Shown: in pieces, positions 45,844 to 55,112 of the stretch
How positions within the stretch are numbered: the stretch's first letter is position 1
Layout of the letters: every line of letters starts with the position of its first letter
Source of the DNA: an uncultured Gammaproteobacteria bacterium
GTDB taxonomy: Bacteria > Patescibacteriota > Patescibacteriia > PEXW01
Direction of reading: 5' to 3'
Assembly: GCA_964486505.1 (NCBI GenBank)
Contig: CAZAMC010000002.1
Span: 1,656-65,655, forward strand
Length of the DNA stretch: 64,000 nucleotides
Program-made: the position numbers and the translations under genes
The notes under the pieces: generated by a model
The model's database searches: none
Seen by the model: the letters and a program-made list of their open reading frames with translations, nothing else
Told to the model about the DNA's origin: nothing

Positions 45844-46626
45844 TTAGGTAAAACGCTTAAGTGTAGGGAGGAGGAGTTTCGCGAGACGCGGATTCGCCAC
45901 CAGAGCATCTGATCGGAGTTTGGTGAATTGCCACGGTCGGCCACGGAAGTCCGTTACCGATGCGCCGGCTTCTTGTGCCATGAGTAGTCCGCCCGCAATG
46001 TCGTAGAAGTTATCGCCGCTGTAAATGCTCGCATCAAAATTCCCAGCGGCGGTAAGCGCTAACCCCAGCGCGGCAGACCCAAGCAAGCGAATTGTGCGTA
46101 CCCGCGTGCCCAGCGCCTGCAGGATCTGACCATGGCGTAGCTTCTCTGCTCTGGTCGCCCCGCGGCTGACGTAAATGTACGCTTGCTGCGGGTGCGTACA
46201 CTGGCCCACGCGAATGCGCTTGCCGTTGCAGAATGCGCCGTGCCCCCGCACTGCTCGGAAGAGCTGCTTGCGGAGGGGGTCGTAAATAATGCTCAACGTT
46301 ACCCGTCGTTGTTGCACTAGGCAAATTGATACGGCGAAGAACGGTACGTGGTGAGCAAAGTTTGACGTGCCATCCAAAGGGTCCACTACCCAGAGGTTCT
46401 TTGAAGTGGTTGCATCCAGGCCCTGCTCCTCAGAGAAAATTGCGTCCTGAGGAAAGGCCTTGCGGAGCGCAGGCAGGATTATACGGTCCGCGCCTATGTC
46501 GGCCCGGGTGACGATAGAGTGTCGATCTTTGTAGTGGGTGGTGTGTGTGGCGGGGAACGACCGGGCCAAAAACGCTCCCGCTTTTTGAGCGACGCGAGTA
46601 GCCACAGCAAGGCGGTCGTTGCGCAT
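45844..46626 (-). CDS. inositol monophosphatase family protein (SuhB-like)
   Basis: FSEEQG, WVVDPLDGTSNFAHHVP metal-binding motifs. Confidence 0.8.
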   Translation of the reverse strand: MRNDRLAVATRVAQKAGAFLARSFPATHTTHYKDRHSIVTRADIGADRIILPALRKAFPQDAIFSEEQGLDATTSKNLWVVDPLDGTSNFAHHVPFFAVSICLVQQRRVTLSIIYDPLRKQLFRAVRGHGAFCNGKRIRVGQCTHPQQAYIYVSRGATRAEKLRHGQILQALGTRVRTIRLLGSAALGLALTAAGNFDASIYSGDNFYDIAGGLLMAQEAGASVTDFRGRPWQFTKLRSDALVANPRLAKLLLPTLKRFT

Positions 46627-46737
46627 GGGAAAAGCATAGCACTTTACCTTGTACTTTTCTAAGCGGTTTCTGCACTCGTCGGGATTGACTGAGGCAAAAG
46701 GAAAACGCCGGTTCAGGGGTGAACCGGCGGTTAGACA

Positions 46738-47769
46738 TTATGCAATTTTCGTGAGTTTTTCGGCAATGCGTCCCGCGACGTCCGCTTGGACTGCTTTTCG
46801 TGCAACGGCGATAGCATTCAGGATAGCTCGCGGCGTCGCTTTGCCGTGCGTAATGATGACCGTGCCATTCGTGCCCAGCAGCTGTGCGCCACCGTACAGT
46901 TCGACGTCGAAGGTCCGTTTGAGCGCGCCTATCGTGGGCCCCAGGAAGATAGATTTCGCTAGAACGGCAAACACTTTTTGGTCCCACCGGCCTTTGCGGA
47001 TAATCTTCTTCACAATGGCGTTCAACGAAGGGATGAGGCTCTCGGCAAGCTTGAGCATAATGTTGCCGGTAAAGCCATCGGTTACAATCACATCCGCGTG
47101 ACCCCAGAGTACGTCGCGGCCTTCAATGTTGCCAATGAAGCGCATGTCATGGTTCTGGTTGAGCGCCTGGAGTAACTCATGGGTCTTGCGCGTGGCAACG
47201 TTACCTTTGCTTGGTTCTTCACCAATACTGATGAGCGCCACGCGCGGCTGGGCAATGCCGAGGACGTGTTGGGCGTAGATGCCACCCATTACACCGAATG
47301 CCGCCAGCTGCTTGGGTGTGCAGTCCACGCTCGCCCCAACGTCCAGGATGACGCACGGGTCTGCAACGGTCGGCAACGTCACGATGATAGCAGGTCGTTC
47401 GATGCCTGTTACGAGTCTCAGCTTCAACACGGATATAGCCATGACCGCCGCGGTATTGCCTGCACTGATGAATGCCTGCGAATGCTCGCTCGCGCTGCGG
47501 TCTATACCAACGGCTATTGAGGACTTCCGTTTGCGTACTGCACTCTCCACTTTCTCATCCATTGCAATAGCTTCTTGCGCGTGGATGATCGTGAGGCGAT
47601 GTTCCGGGTATGTTTTCCCCAGGAGGTACTGCTTAATGACGCCTTCGTCGCCGACGAGTTCAAGAGAGAAATCCTCAGGTAACTCTTGGAGCGCAAGCAG
47701 GGCGCCATCAATGGGCACGTCAGGGAAACGATCGCCACCCATCGCGTCAACGGTGATGATCATATACAT
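46738..47769 (-). CDS. plsX: phosphate acyltransferase PlsX
   Basis: IITVDAMGGD N-terminus, 343 aa, collinear with PlsX. Confidence 0.85.
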   Translation of the reverse strand: MYMIITVDAMGGDRFPDVPIDGALLALQELPEDFSLELVGDEGVIKQYLLGKTYPEHRLTIIHAQEAIAMDEKVESAVRKRKSSIAVGIDRSASEHSQAFISAGNTAAVMAISVLKLRLVTGIERPAIIVTLPTVADPCVILDVGASVDCTPKQLAAFGVMGGIYAQHVLGIAQPRVALISIGEEPSKGNVATRKTHELLQALNQNHDMRFIGNIEGRDVLWGHADVIVTDGFTGNIMLKLAESLIPSLNAIVKKIIRKGRWDQKVFAVLAKSIFLGPTIGALKRTFDVELYGGAQLLGTNGTVIITHGKATPRAILNAIAVARKAVQADVAGRIAEKLTKIA

Positions 47770-47851
47770 CTCCTGTGCTGTATTGTTAATCTTCGCTTTT
47801 CATTACAAAAAACATTCCACTTTTGTTGGAGCAGCTTAGCAAACCTGGGTA

Positions 47852-48832
47852 TTACCGCAAGCCGATTTTTTCGTGTACTTCGTCAGCCGTTTCCTGAGCA
47901 ACTGCGGCTGCTTTGCTATTGCCGGCCAGCAGGATTTTGGCACACTCTTTCGAATGTGCAAGCAAGCGGGCGTGCTCCTTGCGGAATGCGCTAAAAGCCT
48001 GGTCGAGCGTGTCGGTGAGCGCAGCCTTTACCTCACTGTAGCGGATAGTACGGTCGGCTTCCTGCTTCCAGAACGCTTTGGATTTCTCGGCGTCGAATTG
48101 TTCCAAGATGGTAAGCAAGTTGGTGACACCTGGGTTTTCGCTGCCGCCCTCGCTCGCCGTCACGGCCCGTGCGAGCTTCTTCTGGATCACCTCGCGTTCG
48201 TCGGTCAGGTTTATAACGTGCTGGTCACCCAGAGATTTGCTCATCTTCTTCTCGGGCTCCAGCAAGCTCATGACTTTCGGCACGGGTGTGAGCAACGCCT
48301 TCGGTTCGGGGAACAGCTCGCCGTACTTCGCATTGAACTTGCGGGCAATGGTTCGCGTGAGTTCCACGTGCTGCACCTGGTCCTGACCCACCGGCACCCC
48401 AAAGGGTTTGTACAGCAAGATGTCCGCCGCCTGCAGGACAGGGTAAGTGAACAGGCCCACGTTGATGTTGTCCCTCTGGCGGCTCGCTTTGTCTTTGTAC
48501 TGGGTCATGCGTTCCAGCTCGCCCATGGGCGTGAGCGTGTTGAAAATCCAGGCGAGCTGTGAATGCGCTGGTATGGCGGACTGGAGGAACAATGTTGATT
48601 TCTTCGGGTCCAGGCCTAGCGCTAAGAATGTGGCGAGTACTTCCAGGACGTCAGCCTGCTTGTGCGTTGGATCGTAGTTTTCGGTGAGGCTATGGAGGTC
48701 AGCGATGAAGAAAAAGCAGTCGTACTCACCGGAGTTCTGCAACTCGACAAAATTCTTGAGCGAGCCCAAGTAATTGCCGAGGTGGAGTTTGCCGGTAGGC
48801 TGGATGCCGGAGATGATGCGCGGTTTGGCCAT
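47852..48832 (-). CDS. trpS: tryptophan--tRNA ligase
   Basis: SGIQPTGKLHLGNYLG (HIGH region), KMSKS; 326 aa; TAGAAT -10 box 6 nt upstream of ATG. Confidence 0.9.
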   Translation of the reverse strand: MAKPRIISGIQPTGKLHLGNYLGSLKNFVELQNSGEYDCFFFIADLHSLTENYDPTHKQADVLEVLATFLALGLDPKKSTLFLQSAIPAHSQLAWIFNTLTPMGELERMTQYKDKASRQRDNINVGLFTYPVLQAADILLYKPFGVPVGQDQVQHVELTRTIARKFNAKYGELFPEPKALLTPVPKVMSLLEPEKKMSKSLGDQHVINLTDEREVIQKKLARAVTASEGGSENPGVTNLLTILEQFDAEKSKAFWKQEADRTIRYSEVKAALTDTLDQAFSAFRKEHARLLAHSKECAKILLAGNSKAAAVAQETADEVHEKIGLR

Positions 48833-48910
48833 GGGTTCATTCTAGCGTGCGTGCCGATAAAACGAAACTCCCCGCCCTGGTGGGGCGGGGAGTGGAGCAG
48901 TGTTCCGAGG

Positions 48911-51900
48911 CTACTTCACGGTCACACTTAGCGTGCCCGATCCACCCGAGGGGTTCACGAGCTTGAGGGTCTTCTTGCCCTTTGTCAGCTGTGTCCCATC
49001 GAACGTGAGGGTGGCGGTACCGCCCTTCAAGCTCACCTTGGCGCCCACCGTACCAATGGTGGCAACCATGCCCTTTTCGAAGTTCGAGCCTTTCACGGTG
49101 ATCTTGGACGCGGCACTCTTTGTGGAGAGCGTGCCGGAGGCTTTGCCGTTTGGCTTAAGGGTGATCAGTGAAATTGAGGAGCCGCTCACCTTGATGCGCT
49201 TGTTATTCTCATCGATGCCGGAATCCAGGGTGAACTTGCCCTTGGCGTACTTGAAGACCTTCACGTCGTTGGCATTCCGGGTCTTCACGAGCATGGCCAG
49301 GCTTGCAACACCCACCTGGTGCGCCTCCATGGTGGTGACGGATACTGTGCTGCCGAATTTCGCCCCCGTGTCCAGGGTGTGGGTAGCGTACTTCTTCACC
49401 ACGTCTACCACCTTCACTGGATTCGTGCCGGTGGACTGGCTAGCCACGAGGTCGCTCTTCCCATCTTTCGTAACGTCGGCGAGCATGAGCTTGATGGCGC
49501 CGTTGTTCCCGTAGGGGTTGAGCGTTTTCACGAGTTTGCCTTTGGTGGTGTACACCTTCACGCTACTCGTGCCTTTCTTTAGGTTTTCGCTCGGCGCCAC
49601 GAAGATGAGTTGGCCGGTCTTGCCGCCCAGGTTCGTCGTCGAGACGTTGAGCGAGGTACCAGCAAAGGCGGTCACCTTCTTTGCCGTCTTCCCACTGCCG
49701 ATGGTGAACGTCCCCTTATTCTTCCCCGTTCCTACGGTGACGGCGATGTTTGATTTCGCCTTGCCATTGGACGTTGGGCTCCACTTGGAGAAGTGGTCGC
49801 TCGTGACAGTCAACGTGTTGTTGTCTGTATCCTGGGTTGCGTTCGAGGGGGTTTTCCACGAGTTTGTCGCGTCGTCGAAGTAGCGGGGGAGCAAGGCGCT
49901 CTCATCGACACCGGCCGCTTCCAGCATTTTGTCGGTGTACTTAAAGGTAATCGTGACGCTGGAATTGAACTTGGTAATCTCCGCACCGGTTGCGGCGTTC
50001 GTGGCCTTGAAGTCGTACCCATACCACGCTGGTTTCGCGTCCGCCTGGCTCATGAGGTTGGCTGTGGGCGTGGCTGTTATGGTTACATTGCCACTCGTGG
50101 CAAACGCCGAGGCGCCCGCAACCACCGTCGTGCCATCCTCCAGGGTCATGGAGAAGGCCTGGGTGGCGTCGGTCGTCTGCGACACCGGGTTGGGGATACG
50201 GAAGTTCACGTTCTTCGAGAGGACGAAGTTTTGCGTGATGGCCTTCTGAGAGCCGTCGACAACGATGGTTACTTCTTCGCTACGGAAGAAGTCGTTGCCC
50301 GCGGGGGCATCGCAGCCGATGTGCCACACGCCTTTGGTCACGTTGATTTCGTACTTCCCGCCTTGGGCTTGGCCACCGGAGAAGTTTCCAGATTCCTCCC
50401 AGCCATGGCACCAGCCGAATTGACCACCGCCTACTACCTTGCCAGAGATTTTCGCATCCGCCTGGCGTAGCACGAAGGTGAGGTCTGCCGTCTTAGCGCC
50501 GTTGCGGAAGTCAACCGTCTGCGACTGCGCAGGCATCCAGGGGGAGCCCGGAGGCGCATTGACGTGGACTTCGTACAGGTGGCCGCTAATCAACGAAATT
50601 GACCCAACGCCTTTCGCATTTGTCTGTGAACCAGAGTGCAGCACATTCTTGAAGTCTTCGGGCCGCGGGCCGCCGCCTTGGGCGCGATCGCCGGTGTTGG
50701 TCGTTTCTCCCTTCACTTGGCCCTTGAAGAATGATGCGCCCGTCAGGCTGCTGTCGTCGCCGCCCGCGGGTGGACCGAAGTTGCGGCAGGTCTGTTCGTT
50801 TTCGGGCTTCGAGCAGAAGGCCTTACACTCCGCATCGGTCTTGCAGCCGCCGGGCCCGGTCTGCGGAGTAGACTGGCCGCCAGGACCTTGATCCGGCCCC
50901 TTGAATTTTCCGCACTCCGCTTGGTTGGCGGGCTTCATGCAGAACTTCACACAGGCACCGACGTTCTTGCACCCTCCCGGACCCGTTGAAATGTCGGGCA
51001 GCTTCATGGCTTCGCACTTTTTGATCTGCGCATTATCTTTCTTCTGGTACGCCCTCATGCAGACCTCAAAGGGGTCGCCCGACTTTCCGTTTTTGTCCTT
51101 AAACTGCGCAGCCCCAAGGTCTTTCGGACCTTCGCCGCCGGGGTTGCCCGGCTTGCCGAAGAGCTCAATCTCGTTTCCGGCGTCTACGAAAGTCTGGACG
51201 GGCGCGCCCGTGGGGTCAAGAACCGTGACGTTGATTTTCGCGTCGCCGACGAGGGCTTTGATATTCTTCACGACGTTCTCACCCGCGTGTACCTCGACCT
51301 TGTCTTGGCCTTGGTTTGCGTTGAGCAAGCCGGTGCCATCACTGAAGTGGTAGTTGAACTGGTAGGTGCCAGCAACGACCGAAACCTTGTAGCTGCAGTC
51401 ACTCTGGAACTGCACTCCGCGGCCGCCCTTCTCTGTACTGTTCACGAAGACGTCACCAAAGCTGAACTGCCCTGGCGGCGGCGTACAGGTTTTTAGCGGA
51501 ATGCCATTCTGGTCGACGAGAGCGCCGTAAATGGAGGAGTTGTTCTTCTGCACCCTCAGGGTGGCAGTCGTCGTGCTGTCTGCAATGACCGAGACCGTCG
51601 GCGCTTCGGCGACCGAGTACTCGGCTTCGGGCGGCAGGTGCATGCCGAGCTTCACCAAAGAGAAGACTGAAGATGGCATTCTGATGGTGGCTTTGCCGTC
51701 GAACATCAGCGGGCCGCCAAAGTTTTGGCCCGGGCCGAATTGTTCCTCGCCCGCTTTCTGGGCAAACACGTAGCCGTTTAAGCCAGTGGCCGGCGTGCCG
51801 TCTTCTTTCACCACGGTAACCAGGATTGTGGCGTCAGCTCTCACGACCGTGATGTCGCCGAAAGCAAAGCTCGACGTGTCGGTTTCGAGTGTGGTCTCGA

Positions 51901-52828
51901 GCGGCTTCCCGTTGTACACGTAGGACGGTCCGGGGGTCGGGTTGTTCGGGTCTTGCCAGTTGTCCACGTTGACATTGCAGCGTCCAGCCAGGATAGCAAT
52001 GTCGAACGTGCCGTCAGCGGCCGAAGTGGCGTTGCCATTGATGCCGGGCTGGGGCCCGTTCTGCACCCCGCTCGCCCCCGGTGTCATGCAGAAGGCGTTC
52101 ATGCGCACGCCCGCAATTGGTAGGTTGCTGCCGTCAATGAGGCGGCCCGTGAGGTGTGCGGTCTTCGCTTTCACCAGGAAGTTCTGGGTGATGGTTTGGC
52201 CATCGGCAATGACCACTGCGGCCTGGCCGGCGGAGAGCGTTTGGTCAGGGCTCCAGAAGCCCATGTTGAATGAGCCAGCCGGTACCCGCATGCTGTAACT
52301 GCCGTTCACCACCTGGGCATTCCCGCCGCCGCCAGGGCCGGTGGTGGACCAGGCGTTAATGTTTCCTTCCATGACCGGCGCACCGTCTTTGGTGACTGTG
52401 CCGGTAATCGTGGCCGTTGCTTTCGTCACTTGGATGTTGAGGGTACGCGTTTCCGCCGATGCGTCGTTGGTAAACGAAATATCGGGGATTTGCTCGGTGA
52501 ACGTCCAGTCCGTGCTGGAGTTCATATCAATGTTTGCGCCGTACAGCGTACCTGCCGGGAGGAAGACGCTAAAATTACCTGCCCCATCGGTTGTGGCATC
52601 GCCACCGCCGAAGCCCGTCTGCACTTTTGGCCAGAAGTGGAGAAGCGCACCAGTCACCGGAGTGGTGGTACCTTTGTATACGATTGTACCCGTAATATTC
52701 TTCGGCCGTTCTTCGGCTCGGACGGATAGGGTTTGCGAGAGGTTCCCGCCGAAGGGCCCCAAGAGGGTAACGAGCACAGTCAGCGTGCCTAGCGTGGCCC
52801 GGACTGCGCGAAACGTGGTTTTCCGCAT
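48911..52828 (-). CDS. giant secreted repeat protein (~1305 aa): signal peptide, multiple CarbopepD_reg-like/Ig-like beta-sandwich domains, two tandem ~30-aa Cys-rich modules, C-terminal beta-strand repeats
   Basis: Signal peptide MRKTTFRAVRATLGTLTVLVTLLG; repeated GTV.K/DG.P motifs; GPGGCKNVGACVKFCMKPANQAECGKF and GPGGCKTDAECKAFCSKPENEQTCRNF; start chosen at MRKTTF (ORF continues to 53020 without in-frame stop). Confidence 0.7.
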   Translation of the reverse strand: MRKTTFRAVRATLGTLTVLVTLLGPFGGNLSQTLSVRAEERPKNITGTIVYKGTTTPVTGALLHFWPKVQTGFGGGDATTDGAGNFSVFLPAGTLYGANIDMNSSTDWTFTEQIPDISFTNDASAETRTLNIQVTKATATITGTVTKDGAPVMEGNINAWSTTGPGGGGNAQVVNGSYSMRVPAGSFNMGFWSPDQTLSAGQAAVVIADGQTITQNFLVKAKTAHLTGRLIDGSNLPIAGVRMNAFCMTPGASGVQNGPQPGINGNATSAADGTFDIAILAGRCNVNVDNWQDPNNPTPGPSYVYNGKPLETTLETDTSSFAFGDITVVRADATILVTVVKEDGTPATGLNGYVFAQKAGEEQFGPGQNFGGPLMFDGKATIRMPSSVFSLVKLGMHLPPEAEYSVAEAPTVSVIADSTTTATLRVQKNNSSIYGALVDQNGIPLKTCTPPPGQFSFGDVFVNSTEKGGRGVQFQSDCSYKVSVVAGTYQFNYHFSDGTGLLNANQGQDKVEVHAGENVVKNIKALVGDAKINVTVLDPTGAPVQTFVDAGNEIELFGKPGNPGGEGPKDLGAAQFKDKNGKSGDPFEVCMRAYQKKDNAQIKKCEAMKLPDISTGPGGCKNVGACVKFCMKPANQAECGKFKGPDQGPGGQSTPQTGPGGCKTDAECKAFCSKPENEQTCRNFGPPAGGDDSSLTGASFFKGQVKGETTNTGDRAQGGGPRPEDFKNVLHSGSQTNAKGVGSISLISGHLYEVHVNAPPGSPWMPAQSQTVDFRNGAKTADLTFVLRQADAKISGKVVGGGQFGWCHGWEESGNFSGGQAQGGKYEINVTKGVWHIGCDAPAGNDFFRSEEVTIVVDGSQKAITQNFVLSKNVNFRIPNPVSQTTDATQAFSMTLEDGTTVVAGASAFATSGNVTITATPTANLMSQADAKPAWYGYDFKATNAATGAEITKFNSSVTITFKYTDKMLEAAGVDESALLPRYFDDATNSWKTPSNATQDTDNNTLTVTSDHFSKWSPTSNGKAKSNIAVTVGTGKNKGTFTIGSGKTAKKVTAFAGTSLNVSTTNLGGKTGQLIFVAPSENLKKGTSSVKVYTTKGKLVKTLNPYGNNGAIKLMLADVTKDGKSDLVASQSTGTNPVKVVDVVKKYATHTLDTGAKFGSTVSVTTMEAHQVGVASLAMLVKTRNANDVKVFKYAKGKFTLDSGIDENNKRIKVSGSSISLITLKPNGKASGTLSTKSAASKITVKGSNFEKGMVATIGTVGAKVSLKGGTATLTFDGTQLTKGKKTLKLVNPSGGSGTLSVTVK

Positions 52829-53014
52829 AGTGTTAGCGAAAAGAAAGAGTGACGAAAAGGCTACACCGCCGACCAGCGGGGTAGAGTTGATACGTGAAAG
52901 AGTTGTGTGATTCACCCATGGGGTTGCCGACAAGCAGACGCCGTGTGAGCGAAAAATGTATCTGATTTTTGCCTGAAAAGTATAGCACCAGCCCGGGCCA
53001 CGAAACAAACACCT

Positions 53015-53048
53015 CGTCAAGGGAGTTAAAAAACCACCCGGGTAGGTG
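53015..53048. terminator. intrinsic terminator AACCACC-cgggta-GGTGGTT flanked by A/T runs, after rnj
   Basis: Seen directly. Confidence 0.55.
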
Positions 53049-53070
53049 GTTTTCTTTCGAGGCGGTTGAG

Positions 53071-54819
53071 TTAGACGTCCAGGATGACCGGAATGATCAT
53101 TGGTCGCCGTTCTGTCTTCTGGAAGAGGAAGTTGCCCAGGCCGTCCCGTAGGCGGTTGGCCAGGTATCCTTCGTTCGCCGCGGTCCGGGGGTCAACGTCC
53201 TTCAGCAACGCTTGCACTTTCTTCTTGGTTTCCTCAATCAGGCGGGTGTTCGTCTTGGCGTACACGAAGCCGTGCGTATCAATTTTCGGTTCGCCCACGA
53301 GCTTGCCCGTCCCGCGATCCAGTGTAGCAATAACCACGACCATGCCTTCGCTCGCCAAGGTTTGCCGGTCGCGGAGCACAACGTTCGAAACATCACCCAC
53401 GCCGAGGCCATCCACGAACACGTAGTCTGTGCGGACTTTCTGCGTGTGGAGCTTGGGCTTCCCCTTGATGAATTCCAGTACATTGCCATTGTCCAGCACG
53501 AAGGTGTGATCCTTGGGGAACCCTTCTCGTACCGCCAGCTTCTGGGCTTCTTTCAGGAAGTAGTGGTTGGCATACACGGGCAAAAAGTAGGTGGGTCGGA
53601 TTTGTTTCATGACCGTTATCATGTCCTCGGCCGTGCTGTGGCCGCTGGAGTGGACGTCCATGAGGTCGCTGTGGATGACGTTGTCCGACAACCGGTAGAG
53701 ATTGTCCTTCAGGCGTTGGATGGTGCGCTCGTTGCCCGGGATAACGGAAGAGGAGAACACAATCGTGTCGGTCTTCCGGATTTTTATGCTCCGGTGGTTG
53801 CCGTTCATAATCCGTGAGAGCACCGCATTGCTTTCGCCCTGCGCGCCCGTGCACATGATAACCACCCGTCGCTCGGGGAAGTCGTGGATGCGTTCCACCG
53901 GGATGATGAGGTCCTTCTTCACGTTAATGTACCCCAGCTCTTTGGCGATCTCCACGTTCTTTTTCATGCTAAAGCCATCCAGCGCCACTTTCTTCCCAAT
54001 TTTCTGAGCGAATTCCAGGATGTGTTTAATGCGTTCCAGCTGGCTGGAGAACGTGCCAATGATGAGCCGGCCGGGCGCTTCGCGTACGAGCTTCTCCAGG
54101 TTGGCGTACATGACGCGCTCGGGCGTTCGCTCTTTGTGGGCGGTGGAGCCGAGCGACTCCAACATCAGAATGGTTGGCTTGGGTAGGCGGTTGAGTTGGT
54201 GGTACTCCACGCGGTGCCGGTCCAGCGGGTCTTTCTCATACGTCCAGTCACCCGGGTGGATGACCGTGCCGTGCGGTGTCTGGATGACCACGCCAACCGC
54301 GTCCATGATGGAGTGGTCAACGGGGAAGAAGCTAATCTGGAAGTTCCCTAGGCGAATGCGGTCCGAGACAGTCTTAATGACTATCGTGCGCAGGCGTTTG
54401 GCCGCGCCTTTCTGGAAATCATCGACGCGGTGCTTAACCATAGCGAGCGTCAGTGGCCGACCCACGATGGTGGGGTAGCCGAGCTGCTCCAGCGCTATGC
54501 CTGCCGCGCCGATGTGGTCCAAGTGGCCGTGGCTGAAAACCACGCCGCGGATGCGCTTTTCTTTGCCGCGGAGGTAGGTGAGGTTAGGGATGATGTAGTC
54601 CACGCCCGGCATGTCCTCCTCGGGGAATTGGACGCCCATGTCGAGGATGATGATGTCTTGGTTGTACTCGAAGATGGTGCAGTTGCGGCCGACTTCTTCG
54701 TTGCCGCCAATGGGAATAATCCGCAGGCTGTCCTTCGGCGGGAGGTTGAGGCTGGGTTGGGGTGGGGTGAACCGGGGTTGGTTCGGGGGTGCTTGTCGAT
54801 TTCGATGTCGTTTTGACAT
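53071..54819 (-). CDS. rnj: ribonuclease J (metallo-beta-lactamase/beta-CASP)
   Basis: VVFSHGHLDHIGAAG (HxHxDH), beta-CASP and C-terminal domain collinear with RNase J, 582 aa. Confidence 0.9.
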   Translation of the reverse strand: MSKRHRNRQAPPNQPRFTPPQPSLNLPPKDSLRIIPIGGNEEVGRNCTIFEYNQDIIILDMGVQFPEEDMPGVDYIIPNLTYLRGKEKRIRGVVFSHGHLDHIGAAGIALEQLGYPTIVGRPLTLAMVKHRVDDFQKGAAKRLRTIVIKTVSDRIRLGNFQISFFPVDHSIMDAVGVVIQTPHGTVIHPGDWTYEKDPLDRHRVEYHQLNRLPKPTILMLESLGSTAHKERTPERVMYANLEKLVREAPGRLIIGTFSSQLERIKHILEFAQKIGKKVALDGFSMKKNVEIAKELGYINVKKDLIIPVERIHDFPERRVVIMCTGAQGESNAVLSRIMNGNHRSIKIRKTDTIVFSSSVIPGNERTIQRLKDNLYRLSDNVIHSDLMDVHSSGHSTAEDMITVMKQIRPTYFLPVYANHYFLKEAQKLAVREGFPKDHTFVLDNGNVLEFIKGKPKLHTQKVRTDYVFVDGLGVGDVSNVVLRDRQTLASEGMVVVIATLDRGTGKLVGEPKIDTHGFVYAKTNTRLIEETKKKVQALLKDVDPRTAANEGYLANRLRDGLGNFLFQKTERRPMIIPVILDV

Positions 54820-55011
54820 TGGGTATATAGGTATTCAGGAACGAGAGGTGCAGAATTTCTGCGATGAGCAATATATATTTCTTCTGGGGTCCCCGCAACG
54901 CAGGAACGGAGCGAAGCGAGTACGGCGTTGTGGGGTAAAGCGCAGATTCACCTTGAGGGCGGAGCGGGATCCGCGTTAGCGATCACGCGTAGCTCGAAAG
55001 GTGAAGCAAGC

Positions 55012-55099
55012 TGGTGCCGGAGAGAGGACTTGAACCTCCAAGGGATTGCTCCCACACGGCTCTGAACCGTGCGTGTATACCAATTTCACCACTCCGGCC
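55012..55099 (-). tRNA. tRNA-Leu (anticodon CAG), long variable arm
   Basis: Hand-folded: acceptor GCCGGAG/CTCCGGC, anticodon stem CACGG/CCGTG with loop TTCAGAG, long variable arm, T-arm GGAGG-TTCAAGT-CCTCT, encoded ACCA. Confidence 0.85.
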
Positions 55100-55112
55100 T
55101 ACACTGATTGTA

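Noticed and set aside
52829-53020. 64-aa N-terminal extension of the giant protein ORF (MTRCLF..)
   Set aside because: The extension has no signal peptide, whereas MRKTTF.. begins a canonical signal peptide. The upstream part is more likely 5' UTR containing a TTGTTT-N18-TATACT promoter.
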